Positions 59,713 through 64,000 of a stretch of 64,000 bases of DNA are shown here, one piece after another. The stretch lies in assembly GCA_963782055.1 (NCBI GenBank), contig CAWAIF010000003.1, forward strand, positions 6,400,001 through 6,464,000. Reading direction: 5' to 3'. Below the pieces are notes generated by a model. The model had not been told where the DNA came from. It searched no databases and saw only the letters and a list, made by a program, of their open reading frames with translations. Position 1 is the stretch's first letter. Every line of letters begins with the position of its first letter. The translations under genes and the position numbers were made by a program. Source of the stretch: an uncultured delta proteobacterium. Its GTDB lineage: Bacteria > Myxococcota_A > Polyangia > Polyangiales > Polyangiaceae.

Positions 59713-60269
59713 CCACCGTCGCGGTCTTCGGGGGCAGCTTCAACCCGCCGCACATGGCGCACGTGCTCGCCGTCGCCACGGTGCTCGCGACCGAAGACGT
59801 CGACGCCCTGCTGGTGGTGCCCACCTTCCGGCATCCCTTCGGCAAGCCGCTCGCGCCGTACGACGACCGCGTCGCCATGTGCGAGATGGCGATGGCGTGG
59901 ATGCCGCAGGTGGAGGTGTCGCGCGTGGAGGAGGAGATGGGCGGCGCCAGCCTGACCCTGCGCATGCTCGAGCGCCTGCAGGGCGCGCACCCCGCGTGGA
60001 AGCTGCGCCTCGTCATGGGCGCCGACCTGCTGCTCGAGGCGCACAAGTGGTTCCGCTTCGAGGACGTGGAGAAGCTCGCGCCGCCCATCGTGCTGGGGCG
60101 CGTGGGGGTCAGCCACGCGCGCGCGCTGCACGCCATCCTGCCCGACATCTCCAGCACCCTCGTGCGCGCACGGATCGCCGCGGGCGCGTGGGACGAGCTG
60201 CACGGCATCGTCCCGCGGCGGGTGCTGGCCCACGTCCGCGAGAAAGGTCTTTATGCGTCCCCGTCGTAG
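59709..60269 (+). CDS. nadD: Nicotinate-nucleotide adenylyltransferase
   Basis: FGGSFNPPHMAH, HPFGK, MGAD, ISSTLVR. Confidence 0.92.
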   Translation: MTTVAVFGGSFNPPHMAHVLAVATVLATEDVDALLVVPTFRHPFGKPLAPYDDRVAMCEMAMAWMPQVEVSRVEEEMGGASLTLRMLERLQGAHPAWKLRLVMGADLLLEAHKWFRFEDVEKLAPPIVLGRVGVSHARALHAILPDISSTLVRARIAAGAWDELHGIVPRRVLAHVREKGLYASPS

Positions 60270-60288
60270 CCGCAGCAAGGGCCTGTCC

Positions 60289-61116
60289 ATGCGCATCGCC
60301 ATCCTCGGCGCCGGGAAGGTGGGCCGCGCCCTCGCCGCCGCCATTCGCCACGCCGGCGGTCAGGTCACCCTGCGCGCCGCGCGCAAGGGGCCGCCCCGCA
60401 GGCCGTTCGACGCCGATCTGGTCATCCTCGCCGTGCGCGACCGCCAGCTCCCGGGGCTGATCGAGGCGCTGCTCGCAGGGAAGGCGGTCACGCGCGAGGC
60501 CGCCTACGTCCACGTCGCCGGCGCGCTCCGGAGCGACGCGCTCGCGCCCCTGCGCGGCGCGTGCGCCGGCGTCGCGCAGATGCACCCGATGATCGCCTTC
60601 GCCTCCACGCGCTTCTTCCCGCAGCTCGCGAAGGGCAACGTCCACGTCGAGGGGGATCGCGTGGCCGTCGCGCGGGCGCGGCGCCTCGCCCGGGCGCTCG
60701 GCATGACGCCGCGCACCTTCGCCCGCCTGGACACCGTCGGCTACCACGCCGCGGCCAGCCTGGTCGCCAACACCGGCGCCGCCGTCGCCGCGCTGGGCGC
60801 GGAGGTGCTCGTCGCCTCCGGCGTCCCTCGCGCCGAGGCGCCGAAGCTGCTCGGCCCGCTGCTGTGGAGCGTCGCGCGGAACGTCCAGACCCTCGGCTTC
60901 CCTGCCGCCCTCACCGGTCCGGTCCGGCGCGGCGACGTCGCCGCGCTGGAGAAGGGCCGCACCACCCTCGGCGCCCGAACGCCCGCCGCCGTTTCCTTGT
61001 ATGTTGCAGGTATCCGGGCCCAGCTCCCCCTCGCCCGGGCCATCGGCGACGCCGCACCGGAGGCCTTCGACGCCATCGCCCGGTGGCTGGAAGATCTGCC
61101 CCGGCAGGAAAAATGA
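60289..61116 (+). CDS. Rossmann-like plus DUF2520 oxidoreductase
   Basis: GAGKVG, LAVRD, MHPM, YHAAA..AN, ALTGPVRRGD. Confidence 0.9.
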   Translation: MRIAILGAGKVGRALAAAIRHAGGQVTLRAARKGPPRRPFDADLVILAVRDRQLPGLIEALLAGKAVTREAAYVHVAGALRSDALAPLRGACAGVAQMHPMIAFASTRFFPQLAKGNVHVEGDRVAVARARRLARALGMTPRTFARLDTVGYHAAASLVANTGAAVAALGAEVLVASGVPRAEAPKLLGPLLWSVARNVQTLGFPAALTGPVRRGDVAALEKGRTTLGARTPAAVSLYVAGIRAQLPLARAIGDAAPEAFDAIARWLEDLPRQEK

Positions 61117-61249
61117 GGGTGCCGAGGACGCCGGCCGCCCGGAAGCCTCCGGAGCCTGCACATCCGCGCAGTCCGGACGCCATTTCAGCCCACTTTTTTG
61201 CCTGCGTCGGCTTGCTGCGATAGGTCGGTAGAGGTAGCCTTTTCTGACC

Positions 61250-64000
<2,751 letters not shown>

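Overview
A gene-dense, very GC-rich bacterial window. Its content (Cys-rich and Asp-Gly-rich lipoproteins, a Ser/Thr kinase, an ECF sigma/anti-sigma module, a sigma-54 activator) suggests Myxococcota, probably Polyangiaceae-like; this is inference, not a database result. About 54 protein-coding genes are supported, two of them truncated by the window edges (a STAND NTPase on the left, a TPR sigma-54 activator on the right). Recognisable genes include pntA/pntB, nadE, nadD, gltX, ccmB, nfeD plus a stomatin partner, a pyruvoyl-dependent arginine decarboxylase, an MBOAT with two SGNH proteins, a PafA-type phosphatase and a PNGase F-like lipoprotein. I saw no rRNA, tRNA, CRISPR array, transposase or integrase. 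Best candidates for something new: (1) an operon resembling a split vitamin K-dependent gamma-carboxylase (small lumenal-type subunit plus HTTM subunit with a Cys-less DCC domain) followed by an Omp85 barrel; (2) a structured ~100-180 nt intergenic element present twice with compensatory base changes, each copy just after a minus-strand stop codon and ahead of a small Cys-rich lipoprotein; (3) a Zn-ribbon fused to a lone Hsp70 substrate-binding domain; (4) an inactivated D-Ala-D-Ala-ligase domain fused to a DmpA aminopeptidase; (5) a DUF952-DJ-1 fusion. Family calls come from recalled motifs and need HMM confirmation.
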